Below are positions 8,099 through 20,151 of a stretch of 64,000 nucleotides of DNA, one piece after another. The translations under genes and the position numbers were made by a program. This DNA is from Bacillota bacterium (GTDB lineage: Bacteria; Bacillota; Clostridia; Lachnospirales; CAG-274): the NCBI GenBank assembly GCA_017460805.1, contig JAFUAF010000020.1, forward strand, positions 259 to 64,258, read 5' to 3'. The notes beneath the pieces were generated by a model. The model ran no database searches and had not been told where the DNA came from. It saw nothing but the letters and a program-made list of their open reading frames with translations. How positions within the stretch are numbered: the stretch's first letter is position 1; each line of letters opens with the position of its first letter.

Positions 8099-8276
8099 AA
8101 GAAAGCTTTTAGATACTCTATCTTTTTTGCTTATTTTGATAATATAACGCTGTGCAGCCGGAAATTTTTGTAATAAATGCAATAAAAAAACACCCTGCAA
8201 GAATTTTTGCATAAAAGACAGTCAAAAATTGCAGAAAAAATCGTTAAATAATGATAAGGCAAAAATATTTTTGGTG

Positions 8277-8285
8277 TGTTATAAT
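8277..8285 (+). promoter_or_regulatory. extended -10 promoter candidate for the pgk operon
   Basis: TGTTATAAT (TGnTATAAT) lies about 70 nt upstream of the pgk RBS AAGGAGA. The -35 is weak. Confidence 0.35.
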
Positions 8286-8357
8286 AATAACAATGCGTTT
8301 TTGTACGCATATAATAATGGCAACGATAAACACTATATAAATTAAGGAGAAATTACA

Positions 8358-9569
8358 ATGCTCAACAAAAAAACTGTAGATGATTTACAGGTAAAAGGCA
8401 AGAATGTCCTTGTAAGATGCGACTTTAACGTACCTTTACAGGACGGAGTTATTACAGACGAGAACAGAATAGTTGCTGCTCTCCCCACTATCAACAAACT
8501 TATCAGCGAGGGCGCAAGAGTTATCCTCTGCTCACATCTTGGCAAGCCCAAGGAGCCCAGCCCCGAATTTTCACTTGCACCCGTTGCAAAACGCCTTTCC
8601 GAGAAACTCGGTAAGGAAGTTGTATTTGCGGCAGATGACGAAGTAGTAGGCGAGAACGCAAAGAAGGCTGTTGCTGCTATGCAGGACGGCGATGTAGTTC
8701 TTTTACAGAACACACGTTTCCGCAAGGAAGAAACAAAGAATATCGAAACTTTCAGCAAGGACCTTGCATCTCTTGCAGATATCTATGTAAACGATGCTTT
8801 CGGTTCTTCTCACCGTGCACACTGCTCAACGGTAGGTGTTACGAAATTTGTAAAGGAAAGCGCAGTCGGCTACCTTATGCAAAAAGAGATCGAATACTTA
8901 GGCAATGCCGTAAACAACCCCGTTCGTCCTTTTGTTGCTATCCTCGGCGGTGCTAAGGTAAGTGACAAGATCAACGTTATCAACAACCTTATCGACAAGG
9001 TAGATACTATCCTTATCGGCGGCGGTATGGCATACACATTCTTTAAGGCTAAGGGCTTCAATATCGGTAAGTCTCTTCTTGAGGAAGATAAGATGCAGTA
9101 CGCACTTGATATGCTTAAAAAGGCAGAAGAAAAGGGCGTTAAGTTCCTTCTTCCCATTGATACTGTAGTTTCCAATGAGTTTGGTCAGGGCAAGCCTCAC
9201 CACACAGTTGATGTTCCTACAGCAGCAGGTCAGCCCTATATCGCAGATGACGAAGAGGGTCTTGATATCGGCGAAAAGACACGCGCTCTCTTTGCACAGG
9301 CTATCAGCGAAGCTAAGACAGTTGTCTGGAACGGACCTATGGGCGTATTCGAGATCCCCGATTACGCAGAGGGTACAAAGGCAATGGCTCAGGCTCTTGC
9401 AGACAATCCTCAGGTTACAAGCATCATCGGCGGCGGCGACAGCGCAGCTGCTGTAAATCAAATGGGCTACGGCGACAAGATGAGCCATATCTCAACAGGC
9501 GGCGGTGCTTCGCTTGAATTCCTTGAAGGCAAGGAACTTCCCGGCGTTGCAGCAGCTGACGACAAATAA
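8358..9569 (+). CDS. pgk: phosphoglycerate kinase
   Basis: 403 aa. PGK hallmarks [11 protein letters not shown] and [11 protein letters not shown], and full-length collinearity with bacterial Pgk. Confidence 0.97.
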   Translation: MLNKKTVDDLQVKGKNVLVRCDFNVPLQDGVITDENRIVAALPTINKLISEGARVILCSHLGKPKEPSPEFSLAPVAKRLSEKLGKEVVFAADDEVVGENAKKAVAAMQDGDVVLLQNTRFRKEETKNIETFSKDLASLADIYVNDAFGSSHRAHCSTVGVTKFVKESAVGYLMQKEIEYLGNAVNNPVRPFVAILGGAKVSDKINVINNLIDKVDTILIGGGMAYTFFKAKGFNIGKSLLEEDKMQYALDMLKKAEEKGVKFLLPIDTVVSNEFGQGKPHHTVDVPTAAGQPYIADDEEGLDIGEKTRALFAQAISEAKTVVWNGPMGVFEIPDYAEGTKAMAQALADNPQVTSIIGGGDSAAAVNQMGYGDKMSHISTGGGASLEFLEGKELPGVAAADDK

Positions 9570-9723
9570 TTTGATGTAAAAAAAGGCTGCCGCGCTGAAA
9601 GTGTGACAGCCTTTAAAAATTTCGTTAAAAAAATAACTAAATTTACTAATTTTATATTGAAAAATCTTTCGTTTTGGGGTACAATAGAAGTATAAAAATT
9701 CAGGACGAAAGGTAGTGTTATAT

Positions 9724-10470
9724 ATGAGAAAGAAATATGCGGCAGGCAACTGGAAAATGAACAAAACTCCAAAGGAAGCAGTTGAACTTGCGGAGATGTT
9801 AAAGCCTAAAATGACTACCGACAAGGCAGAAGTTGTATTCTGCGTGCCCTATGTTGACCTTATCCCCATTGCGGATGTGGTTAAGGGCAGCAATATTCTT
9901 TTGGGTGCAGAAAATCTTCATTTTGAGGACAAAGGTGCTTACACGGGCGAAATTTCGGCACCAATGCTCAAAGAGATAGGCGTGAAATGCGTTGTTATCG
10001 GTCATTCCGAACGCCGCGAATATTTTAACGAAACCGATGAAACTGTAAACAAGAAGATCTTTAAGGCGCTTGAATATGGCCTTACACCTATATTCTGCTG
10101 CGGCGAGAGCCTTGCGGAACGTGAGGACGGCATCACTATCGAGCGTATACGAATCCAGATAAAGAAAGGCATGAAAGGCCTTTCGGCAGAACAGGCAAAG
10201 GCTGTCGTTGTCGCTTATGAGCCTATTTGGGCTATCGGCACGGGTAAAGTTGCTACGACAGAGCAGGCACAGGAAGTGTGCAAGGCTATTCGTGATGTAC
10301 TGTCCGAGCTGTATTCCAAGGAAACGGCGGACGAGATAAGTATACTCTACGGCGGCAGCGTAAACGGCGGCAATGCGGAAGAACTGTTCAAAATGCCCGA
10401 TATAGACGGCGGTCTTGTAGGCGGTGCGAGCCTTAAAGAGGATTTTGAAAAGATTGTAAAAGCATTTTAA
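9724..10470 (+). CDS. tpiA: triose-phosphate isomerase
   Basis: AGNWKMN near the N-terminus and [11 protein letters not shown] as the active-site loop. ATG 9724 is preferred over GTG 9715. Confidence 0.95.
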   Translation: MRKKYAAGNWKMNKTPKEAVELAEMLKPKMTTDKAEVVFCVPYVDLIPIADVVKGSNILLGAENLHFEDKGAYTGEISAPMLKEIGVKCVVIGHSERREYFNETDETVNKKIFKALEYGLTPIFCCGESLAEREDGITIERIRIQIKKGMKGLSAEQAKAVVVAYEPIWAIGTGKVATTEQAQEVCKAIRDVLSELYSKETADEISILYGGSVNGGNAEELFKMPDIDGGLVGGASLKEDFEKIVKAF

Positions 10471-10482
10471 AGGAGCTTAAAA

Positions 10483-12021
10483 ATGAGTAAGAAAACTACG
10501 GTACTTATGATACTGGACGGCTTTGGCATCAACGAAAAAACCGAGGGCAATGCTATAGCTATGGCTAAAAAGCCCGTTCTTGACAAACTGTTTGCGACAT
10601 ACCCCACAACAAAGGGTTATGCAAGCGGTATGGCAGTAGGTCTGCCCGACGGACAGATGGGTAATTCCGAGGTCGGTCACCTTAATATGGGTGCAGGCCG
10701 TATTATCTATCAGGATCTTACAAAGATCACAAAATCTATCGAGGACGGCGACTTTTTTGAAAACAAGGCACTTCTTGCGGCTGTTGAAAACTGCAAAAAG
10801 AATGACTCTTCGCTTCATCTGTACGGCCTTGTTTCTCCGGGCGGCGTACACAGTCATCTGACACATATCTACGGTCTTTTGGAGCTTGCTAAGAGAAACG
10901 GTCTTACAAAGGTATATGTTCACGCATTCCTTGACGGCCGTGACACTCCCCCAACATCGGGCAAGGGCTTTTTGACAGAGCTTGAAGCAAAGATGAAAGA
11001 AATAGGCGTTGGCGCTATAGCTACTATTTCGGGCCGTTACTATGCTATGGACCGTGACAATAACTGGGACAGAATTGAAAAGGCTTATGATGCACTTACA
11101 AAGGGTGTCGGCAATACGGCTGCTTCTATGGAAGAGTGCATGACAAAGACTTATGCAGAGGGTGTCAATGACGAGTTTGTTGTGCCCACCGTTATTTTAA
11201 AGGACGGTGCACCCACGGCAACTATAAAGGAAAATGATTCTATCATCTTCTACAATTTCCGCCCCGACCGCGCAAGAGAGATAACACGCTGCTTCTGTGA
11301 CGACGAGTTCAAGGGCTTTGCGCGCGAGAGAATCAAAACTACTTACGTTTGCTTTACCGATTATGATGCGACTATCCCCAACAAGCTTATCGCTTTCCCC
11401 AAGGAAATACCGTCCAACACACTTGGCGAGTACATTTCTTCTCTTGGCTTAAAGCAGTTAAGACTTGCCGAAACTGAGAAGTACGCTCATGTTACTTTCT
11501 TCTTTAACGGCGGTGTGGAAGAGCCTTTTGAGGGCGAGGAAAGAATTCTTGTTCCCTCTCCCAAGGAAGTCGCTACATACGACTTAAAGCCCGAAATGAG
11601 CGCTATCCAGGTAACGGATAAACTTGTCGAGGCTATCGAAGCAAATGACAAAGACCTTATAATCATAAACTACGCTAACCCCGATATGGTAGGCCATACG
11701 GGCGTTATCGAGGCCGCTGTAAAGGCTATCGAAACTATCGACACCTGTGTGGGCAGAGTAATGGATGCGCTTTTAAAAGTCGGCGGACAGATGTTCCTCT
11801 GTGCAGACCACGGCAACAGCGACCAGCTTATAGACTATGAGACAGGCAAGCCTTTTACCGCTCATACAACAAACCCTGTGCCTTTCTCCATCATCAACTG
11901 CGAGGGGGCGAAGGGCATCAAAGAGGACGGAAAACTGTGCGATATCGCTCCGACCCTGCTTGATATGATGGGGCTTGAGCAGCCTAAGGAAATGACAGGA
12001 CATAGTTTGCTTATCAGATAA
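10483..12021 (+). CDS. gpmI: 2,3-bisphosphoglycerate-independent phosphoglycerate mutase
   Basis: 512 aa. LMILDGFG and GNSEVGHLNMGAGR are iPGM motifs. RBS AAGGAG lies upstream. Confidence 0.95.
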   Translation: MSKKTTVLMILDGFGINEKTEGNAIAMAKKPVLDKLFATYPTTKGYASGMAVGLPDGQMGNSEVGHLNMGAGRIIYQDLTKITKSIEDGDFFENKALLAAVENCKKNDSSLHLYGLVSPGGVHSHLTHIYGLLELAKRNGLTKVYVHAFLDGRDTPPTSGKGFLTELEAKMKEIGVGAIATISGRYYAMDRDNNWDRIEKAYDALTKGVGNTAASMEECMTKTYAEGVNDEFVVPTVILKDGAPTATIKENDSIIFYNFRPDRAREITRCFCDDEFKGFARERIKTTYVCFTDYDATIPNKLIAFPKEIPSNTLGEYISSLGLKQLRLAETEKYAHVTFFFNGGVEEPFEGEERILVPSPKEVATYDLKPEMSAIQVTDKLVEAIEANDKDLIIINYANPDMVGHTGVIEAAVKAIETIDTCVGRVMDALLKVGGQMFLCADHGNSDQLIDYETGKPFTAHTTNPVPFSIINCEGAKGIKEDGKLCDIAPTLLDMMGLEQPKEMTGHSLLIR

Positions 12022-12076
12022 TAAAATAATTGACTAATTATGTAAAATGTTATATAATAAAAGGTAGCATGTGTGA

Positions 12077-13462
<1,386 letters not shown>

Positions 13463-13477
13463 GATATAACTAAAATA

Positions 13478-13511
13478 CCCCGTCTGTCATTTGACAGACG
13501 GGGCTTTTTTT
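13478..13511. terminator. bidirectional rho-independent terminator (eno / pepT)
   Basis: CCCCGTCTGTCA..TGACAGACGGGG stem followed by CTTTTTTT. The T-run overlaps the pepT stop codon. Confidence 0.8.
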
Positions 13512-14715
13512 ATACGGTAACAATATTTAAAATTGTTTCGACTGCTTTTACCATACTTTCAAGCACAACAAACTCATAAGGCCCGTGGAAATTGTGTCCT
13601 CCGGTAAACAGATTGGGACAGGGCAGCCCCATATAGGAGAGCCTTGCACCGTCGGTACCGCCGCGGATAGGGCGTATATCTACGGTAACACCTGCTTTTT
13701 CCGCCGCTTTTACAGCACGGTCGAGAACGTGCTTGTGCTGCATTATTATCTCGGCCATGTTAAAGTATTCATCATAGATTTCGGCTTCGACACAGCTGCC
13801 GTATTTTTCGTTTATACAGTCGGCAGCATCCTTGACGATCTTCTTGCGCTGTTCAAATTTTTCGCGGTCATGGTCGCGGATTATGTATTCAAGATCGGCG
13901 CGGCTTACATCGCCTTTTATGGCAGTTAAATGGAAAAATCCCTCGTAGCCCTCCGTATTGGCAGGCTTTTCGTCGGGCAAAAGAGAGTTCAGCTCCATGG
14001 CAAGCAGGGCGGCATTTATCATACTGCCTTTTGCGCTGCCCGGGTGAACGCTTTTGCCGCGTATGCTTATTTTTGCACGCGCTGCATTAAAACACTCGTA
14101 ATTTATTTCGCCCTCATCGCCGCCGTCTATGGTGTAGGCAAAGTCACATCCAAACTTTTCCGTGTCAAAATGGTCAACACCTGCGCCTATTTCTTCATCG
14201 GGGGTAAAAGCCACTTTTATTTTGCCGTGTTTGATCTCGGGGTGCTTTATCAGATAGTCCATTGCGGTAAATATCTCGGCCATGCCCGCTTTGTCGTCGC
14301 CGCCTAAAAGTGTGGTGCCGTCTGCGGTTATAACGGTTTTACCGATGTAGTTTTTAAGTATTGGAAATTCATTCGGCGAAATAATGATGCTGTCTTTTAA
14401 AACTATGTCGCTGCCGTTATAATCGGCTATAATATTTGGATGTATGCCCATGCCGCTGTAGTCTGGACTGGTGTCCATATGCGATATAAGGCCGATAACG
14501 GGCAGCTCTTCATCGGTGTTTGCGGGAAGTTCGGCCGTAACATAACTCCAGCGGTCAACACTGACATTTTCCATTCCCATTACACTCAGTTTACCCGCAA
14601 TTACCTCCGCAAACAGCTCCTGTGCTTCGGTAGAGGGATAACTGTCCGAGTTTTCATCGGATTGTGTGTTTATTGAAATAAAATCCGTAAAATATGCAAG
14701 TAGTGTGTTTTTCAT
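13510..14715 (-). CDS. pepT: peptidase T (tripeptide aminopeptidase, M20B)
   Basis: 401 aa with ISHMDTSPD, GGDDKAG and FTPDEEIG motifs typical of PepT. Confidence 0.9.
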   Translation of the reverse strand: MKNTLLAYFTDFISINTQSDENSDSYPSTEAQELFAEVIAGKLSVMGMENVSVDRWSYVTAELPANTDEELPVIGLISHMDTSPDYSGMGIHPNIIADYNGSDIVLKDSIIISPNEFPILKNYIGKTVITADGTTLLGGDDKAGMAEIFTAMDYLIKHPEIKHGKIKVAFTPDEEIGAGVDHFDTEKFGCDFAYTIDGGDEGEINYECFNAARAKISIRGKSVHPGSAKGSMINAALLAMELNSLLPDEKPANTEGYEGFFHLTAIKGDVSRADLEYIIRDHDREKFEQRKKIVKDAADCINEKYGSCVEAEIYDEYFNMAEIIMQHKHVLDRAVKAAEKAGVTVDIRPIRGGTDGARLSYMGLPCPNLFTGGHNFHGPYEFVVLESMVKAVETILNIVTV

Positions 14716-14875
14716 TTTTTCTCCTCCGTAAATGGTGCTATATTGATTTTAACCTTTGTAAGGGAAATTGTCAAGCGGGGAAGAAAAAAGAGAAAATTTC
14801 GATTTTGCTTTCAAGGTCATATTTGTTTCGGCTGCCGCATAGTATATACAAAAACCAAAGAAATGGGGTATAACT

Positions 14876-17401
14876 ATGAACTGGCACAGTACGGGCATTT
14901 CAAAAGTATTGCGGATACTTGATGTAAATATGGAGCGGGGGCTTACGCATGACGAGGCGGCGGACAGGCTCTTGCTTGGCGGATGGAATGAAATACCGCA
15001 AAAAAAGCGGACAAGCATTATAAAAAAATTTCTTATCCAGCTTAGCGACCGTATGGTAATACTGCTGATAGCGGCTGCAGTGATCAGTCTGATAACTGCT
15101 TTATACAACGGTGCAGGTGATTTTTCGGAACCGATTATAATAATTGCGATAGTTTTGTTCAACGCGGCAGTCGGGGTCATACAGGAGTGCAAGGCGGAAA
15201 ATGCTCTTGATTCTCTGCAAAAAAGCAGGCCGCATACCGCAAGGGTACTGCGTGACGGCGCACTTACGGAGATACCGGCCCGCGAGTTGGTAAAAGGGGA
15301 TGTTATCAGTGTTTCGGGCGGCGATATTATCCCTGCCGACTGTCGTATTTTAGATTGTTTGTGTCTTAGCGTGAATGAGTCTGCACTTACCGGAGAATCA
15401 ATGCCGATAGAGAAATCCACTTATATTTTAAAATCGGATACACCCCTTGCAGAACGCACAAATATGCTGTATTCGGGCACGAATGTGCTGACGGGTTCTG
15501 CGCTTGCGGCGGTAGTCGGTATCGGATCGGATACGGAAATGGGGCATATAGCCGATATGCTCGGTTCGGAGGAAGAAAGCATGACTCCGCTTCAGATACG
15601 TCTTGCACATACGGGTAAAGTTCTGGGGGCGGGCGCATTGGCTGTCTGCTTTGTTATTTTTATAATGGGATTGTGGCAGAACCGTCCGGCACTCGATATG
15701 CTGATGACTGCCGTTTCACTTGCTGTTGCGGCCATTCCGGAGGGACTGCCTGCGGCGGTCACGGTCATGCTTGCAATAGGTGTGCGAAAACTGGCAAAAG
15801 AAAATGCGGTCGTGCGCCGTCTGTCTGCTGTCGAAACTTTGGGCAGTGCGGATGTGGTATGCACCGATAAAACGGGCACACTTACCATGAATAAAATGCG
15901 TGTTCGGACAACCTTTGGCCCCGATAAGGAAAAATTGATAAAATACGCTGCTTTATGCACAGACCTGCGTTTTGTGGACGGAAAAATAAGCGGTGACCCA
16001 ACCGAGATCGCACTTGCGGAAGCCGCGGGCATGAGTGAGAGTTTTGATCTGCCCTGTGTGGGCGAGATACCTTTTTCCTCCGAAAGAAAGATGATGACAA
16101 GGGTGTTTTCCTCACATAATAAATACATAGCCATAACAAAGGGCGCGCCCGAAACGGTAATTGAGCGCTGTTATCTGCTGGACGGAAAAAGACTTGACAG
16201 CAAGACCAAAAAAACATATTTTGACAAATGTGAGGAATACGAAAAGCAGGGTTCAAGAGTACTTGCCTGCGCTTTTAAAATACTTGAACTGCCGAATGAA
16301 AAAAATCCTGATAAGGATATGGAACTTCTGGGTTTGACTGCTATGATGGACGAGCCCAGACCCGAGGCCGCAAAGGCAGTCAAACAGTGTAAAACTGCGG
16401 GAATACGTCCTATAATGATAACGGGAGACAGCCCCGTTACGGCAGAAACAATAGCCCGGGCAGTGGGCATAAGTTCGGATGGCGTGATAACGGGCAGCGC
16501 GCTTGACTCAATGGATGAAGAAACACTGAAAAGCAGGCTTGAAAACGGCTGCAGCATTTTTGCGCGTACAAGTCCCGCGCATAAACTGAAAATCGTAAAT
16601 ACACTGAAAGCAATGGGACATACGGCGGCCATGACAGGCGATGCGTGTAATGACGCACCTGCCTTAAAGGCGGCGGACATTGGCTGTGCAATGGGGCAGT
16701 GCGGTACGGAAACGGCACGCGAAGCCGCCGATATAGTGCTTGCGGACGATAATTTTGCAACAATAGTAAAAGCTGCAGAGTGCGGCAGAGGGATTTTTGA
16801 GAATATAAAAAAGGCGGTGCACTTTCTTCTCTCGTCAAATATCGGAGAGATAGTTACCGTCTTTGCTTCAATGTGTTTTTCGTCTGTTGCCGTGCTTGCA
16901 CCTGTTCAGCTGCTGTGGATAAACCTTGTTACCGACAGTCTGCCCGCTATAGCCCTCGGGCTTGACCCCGCCGACGGGGATATAATGCACAGACCGCCGA
17001 ACCGCAGCCGAAAGCTTTTTGATAAAACAGGGTGGGTGCGTATAGGCTGTGAAGGGGCAATGATAGGTATGCTTGCTATTATTGCAGGCTGTATCGGAAG
17101 CATTTTCTTTAGTGATACGGCCGCCGCACGAACAATGACTTTTGCGGTTTTAAGCATTTCGCAGCTTGTTCATGCTTTTAATATGCGAAGCGAAAAATCC
17201 CTTTTAAAAACAGGTATACTTGGCAATAAATGGCTTGTCGGGGCATTTTTTGCGGGACTTTTGTTACAGTTGCTTGCTGTTTGCGTGCCCATGTTTAATC
17301 CGGTTTTTGAAACTGTGCCGCTGACAGCCGCTCAATGGGGCTGTGTAGGACTTCTTTCCCTCGTGCCGGTTATTGTTGTTGAGTTGGAAAAAGCGTTGTG
17401 A
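14876..17401 (+). CDS. cation-translocating P-type ATPase (Ca2+-type, YloB-like)
   Basis: 841 aa with TGES, the DKTGTLT phosphorylation site, MITGD, and TGDACNDAPALK as a variant of GDGxNDxP. About ten TM segments. Confidence 0.9.
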   Translation: MNWHSTGISKVLRILDVNMERGLTHDEAADRLLLGGWNEIPQKKRTSIIKKFLIQLSDRMVILLIAAAVISLITALYNGAGDFSEPIIIIAIVLFNAAVGVIQECKAENALDSLQKSRPHTARVLRDGALTEIPARELVKGDVISVSGGDIIPADCRILDCLCLSVNESALTGESMPIEKSTYILKSDTPLAERTNMLYSGTNVLTGSALAAVVGIGSDTEMGHIADMLGSEEESMTPLQIRLAHTGKVLGAGALAVCFVIFIMGLWQNRPALDMLMTAVSLAVAAIPEGLPAAVTVMLAIGVRKLAKENAVVRRLSAVETLGSADVVCTDKTGTLTMNKMRVRTTFGPDKEKLIKYAALCTDLRFVDGKISGDPTEIALAEAAGMSESFDLPCVGEIPFSSERKMMTRVFSSHNKYIAITKGAPETVIERCYLLDGKRLDSKTKKTYFDKCEEYEKQGSRVLACAFKILELPNEKNPDKDMELLGLTAMMDEPRPEAAKAVKQCKTAGIRPIMITGDSPVTAETIARAVGISSDGVITGSALDSMDEETLKSRLENGCSIFARTSPAHKLKIVNTLKAMGHTAAMTGDACNDAPALKAADIGCAMGQCGTETAREAADIVLADDNFATIVKAAECGRGIFENIKKAVHFLLSSNIGEIVTVFASMCFSSVAVLAPVQLLWINLVTDSLPAIALGLDPADGDIMHRPPNRSRKLFDKTGWVRIGCEGAMIGMLAIIAGCIGSIFFSDTAAARTMTFAVLSISQLVHAFNMRSEKSLLKTGILGNKWLVGAFFAGLLLQLLAVCVPMFNPVFETVPLTAAQWGCVGLLSLVPVIVVELEKAL

Positions 17402-18416
17402 TATTACCGTCTGTGTCGGTGTAATAGACCTGTTCGACATTGTATTTTTTTGCCAACTCGTCGGCCTTTTCACGCGGCAGGATAAAAAGTGCGGTAGAAA
17501 GCAGATCGCCGTCTGCGCATGATACATCATCACCGCAGATAACTGTCGTACCGCGTTTGCCGTCTGCGGGCATTAAAGTCACAGGGTCGATTATATGGTG
17601 ATATCGCTTGCCTTCATACTCGTAATAGCGCTGATAATCGCCGCTTGATATAAGAAAACCATTGTCTTTTTTTATTATCTCCGTTATATTTTCGGGGTCA
17701 ACGGCATTCTGTACGCCGATCTTCCATGGGCTGTCCTTTGCACTGCCGCGGTAGCAGGCAACATTTCCTCCGAGGTTCACAAGTGCCGAGTCACAGCCCT
17801 TTTCTTTCAGCAGCGCTATTGCTCTGTCGGAGGCATACCCCTTTGCTATTGCGCCTAAATTAAGCATAACACCTTTTTTTGTCAGCTTAACACTATGGTC
17901 GGCTGTATTATAGACAAGCGCAGAAATATCGTTTAACGGCCTTGTCGCTTCAAGTTCTTCCGATGACGGTACGGCAATAATGCCGTTATCCAGTGCATCA
18001 TCGCGGTATTTGTGCCAAAGTTCAAGGGTCGCACCCATAGCGATATTTATTGTTCCGCCGGTCTTTTCATAGGCCTCTTCGCCGTACAGGACAGCGTAAA
18101 AAAGCGGCTCTTTTACTTTTATAAAATCTCCGCCTGCGTTGTCGTTTATAGTTTTTAAATTGTTTATGCCGTCATAGGTGTTGTAGGGGTCAAACAGCTT
18201 GTGAAGCTCCAGCAGTTCCTCATGCACGGCATCAAAGTATTCGTTTGCCTTGTCCTCGCTTTCGGCGTAGACTGTAAGTTCTGTCACGGTGTCAAACACA
18301 TCAAGATACTGTATCTGAAATTTTTGCATTTCCAAAACTGTATCGTTTTGCTCCGCAGTGCCCGAACACCCCGAAAGTGCAAGACAAAAGCATATTAAAA
18401 TAAGTATTTTTTTCAT
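17370..18416 (-). CDS. apbE: FAD:protein FMN transferase (ApbE family) lipoprotein
   Basis: 348 aa with lipobox LALSGCSG and ApbE-like core (..LGAIAKGYASD..). The 3' end overlaps the convergent ATPase gene by 32 nt. Confidence 0.8.
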   Translation of the reverse strand: MKKILILICFCLALSGCSGTAEQNDTVLEMQKFQIQYLDVFDTVTELTVYAESEDKANEYFDAVHEELLELHKLFDPYNTYDGINNLKTINDNAGGDFIKVKEPLFYAVLYGEEAYEKTGGTINIAMGATLELWHKYRDDALDNGIIAVPSSEELEATRPLNDISALVYNTADHSVKLTKKGVMLNLGAIAKGYASDRAIALLKEKGCDSALVNLGGNVACYRGSAKDSPWKIGVQNAVDPENITEIIKKDNGFLISSGDYQRYYEYEGKRYHHIIDPVTLMPADGKRGTTVICGDDVSCADGDLLSTALFILPREKADELAKKYNVEQVYYTDTDGNITTLFPTQQQ

Positions 18417-18441
18417 ATATCTCTCCCAAACGAACAGGGAT

Positions 18442-18945
18442 TTATTTTCTCCATATCATACCAAGTCTCGGCATGACTACGTTCAGTACCGTCCCTGTCA
18501 CGCTGCCCATTACCACGCCCGAAACGATAAGAACCGGCAGGTAATACACTGCGGCAAAATTATCGAGGATAACGGTAATGGCGGCAAGCTGCCCCGCGTT
18601 ATGAAAAACCGCACCGGCAACGCTCAGTGCGGCAAAGCTTATTTTATCGGCAAGTGCAGCCTTTAACGCAATTATTATCAGTATCGACAGCATACCGCCG
18701 GATAAGCTTAAAGCGCCTGCTATTGCACCGCGTGTTATAAAAACAAAAACGGATTTCAATACGTTTAAAAGGACCGCTGTTTTTTTGCCTGTTGTAAAAA
18801 GTGCATACATTGTAACGATATTGCTAAGTCCAAGATGTACGCCGGGCGGCAGTGCAGGTAACGGCGGCAGCATATTTTCAAGTGCGGACAGCACAATTAT
18901 CAGCGAGAGCATAAGTGCTGTCCTTGTCAGTTTGTTTACTTTCAT
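18442..18945 (-). CDS. Gx transporter family protein (heptaprenyl diphosphate synthase component I-like)
   Basis: 167-aa polytopic protein. The N-terminal LTRTALMLSLIIVLSALENMLPP..GVHLGLSNIV is typical of this family. Confidence 0.7.
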   Translation of the reverse strand: MKVNKLTRTALMLSLIIVLSALENMLPPLPALPPGVHLGLSNIVTMYALFTTGKKTAVLLNVLKSVFVFITRGAIAGALSLSGGMLSILIIIALKAALADKISFAALSVAGAVFHNAGQLAAITVILDNFAAVYYLPVLIVSGVVMGSVTGTVLNVVMPRLGMIWRK

Positions 18946-18948
18946 TTT

Positions 18949-19239
18949 TTATTTTTCTTCAAAAGAATTGATGGTATTAATTGTTTTGTTTGAAAATTCT
19001 TTGGCTTCTTTATGGTAGGAATCGGCATCTTTGATCGCAGCTTTACCCGGATCCCATGTATTGTCGTTTTTCTTTTCAAGCGAGTAATGCTGTCCCTCGT
19101 CCTCTTCCTGCTCTTGAGTTATACCAAGCACACGTTCTGAAAACATCCCCCGAAAGTTTGTCTTGCCGGTCAATTCGGTGTAAAAAACACCTATGACGAC
19201 AGATATAACTAAAAATGTAAACAGTTTTTTCAACATCAC
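18949..19239 (-). CDS. hypothetical membrane-anchored acidic protein
   Basis: 96-aa ORF with one N-terminal TM helix and then a charged tail. It is tightly packed between the Gx gene (3-nt gap) and ispE. Confidence 0.5.
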   Translation of the reverse strand: MMLKKLFTFLVISVVIGVFYTELTGKTNFRGMFSERVLGITQEQEEDEGQHYSLEKKNDNTWDPGKAAIKDADSYHKEAKEFSNKTINTINSFEEK

Positions 19240-19252
19240 AATCCACCCCGCT

Positions 19253-20134
19253 TTATTTTTCTTTTCCTTTATTATTAAATACGGTTGTAAGGTAGATCTC
19301 CTTTATATGACATTGTGCGCGTATAAATTTAAGAGCTGCCAGCCCCTTTTCATAACTGTCGTAAAAGCCGAATACCGTAGGGCCGCTGCCGCTCATCATA
19401 CTGCCGGCGGCGCCTTTATCAAGCATATGGCGTTTGATTTCGTCTATTATAGGGTACTTTTTGATAGTAACGGTTTCAAGCACATTACACATGGTATCAC
19501 AGATACCTTTTAAATCGCCGCTTTCGATACAGCCTATCATTTTTTCTATATCGGGGCGCTTTTTTACTTCGCTGTCGGAATATTCCTTGAAGATAATGGG
19601 AGTGGACACGTTTATAGGCGGCTTTGCAAGCAGTACAAACGTGTCGGGAAACGGCGGCAGAGGCGTCAGTATCTCGCCTTTGCCTTCTGCAAGAGCTGTG
19701 CCGCGCATTATACAAAACGGTACGTCTGCGCCAAGCTTTTCTCCTATTTTCATTAGGTCTTCGTTTGGCATGTTTATGCCGTAAAGTGAGCGGATGCCTA
19801 TAAGAGCTGCGGCACAGTCCGCACTTCCGCCTGCAAGCCCTGCGGCGGCGGGAATACGTTTTTTCAGTTCTATTTCTATTCCGCCCTGTATGCCGCAGGC
19901 ATTTATCATTTCCTCTGCTGCTCGCCAGACAAGGTTTCGGCTGTCACAGGGCAGCCAAGACAGATTGCTTGTCAGCCTTATGCCTTTTTCCCTGCTTTTT
20001 GAAATGATAAGACTGTCACATAAATTGACTGTCTGCATTATCATACGCAGGTCGTGATAACCGTCCTCACGTTTGCTGACAACATCCAGCGCCGTATTTA
20101 TCTTGGCTCTGGCAAATGTATTTATTTTATCCAT
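19253..20134 (-). CDS. ispE: 4-(cytidine 5'-diphospho)-2-C-methyl-D-erythritol kinase
   Basis: 293 aa with KINTALDV N-terminus and GHMP kinase motif PAAAGLAGGSADCAA. Confidence 0.9.
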   Translation of the reverse strand: MDKINTFARAKINTALDVVSKREDGYHDLRMIMQTVNLCDSLIISKSREKGIRLTSNLSWLPCDSRNLVWRAAEEMINACGIQGGIEIELKKRIPAAAGLAGGSADCAAALIGIRSLYGINMPNEDLMKIGEKLGADVPFCIMRGTALAEGKGEILTPLPPFPDTFVLLAKPPINVSTPIIFKEYSDSEVKKRPDIEKMIGCIESGDLKGICDTMCNVLETVTIKKYPIIDEIKRHMLDKGAAGSMMSGSGPTVFGFYDSYEKGLAALKFIRAQCHIKEIYLTTVFNNKGKEK

Positions 20135-20151
20135 TATGTTTCCCTCAAAAA

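Noticed and set aside
9582-9614. Hairpin AAAGGCTG-N17-CAGCCTTT between pgk and tpiA as an internal terminator.
   Set aside because: The loop is large and no convincing T-run follows. The glycolytic genes are more simply read as one operon. It may be a processing or attenuation site but is unsupported.
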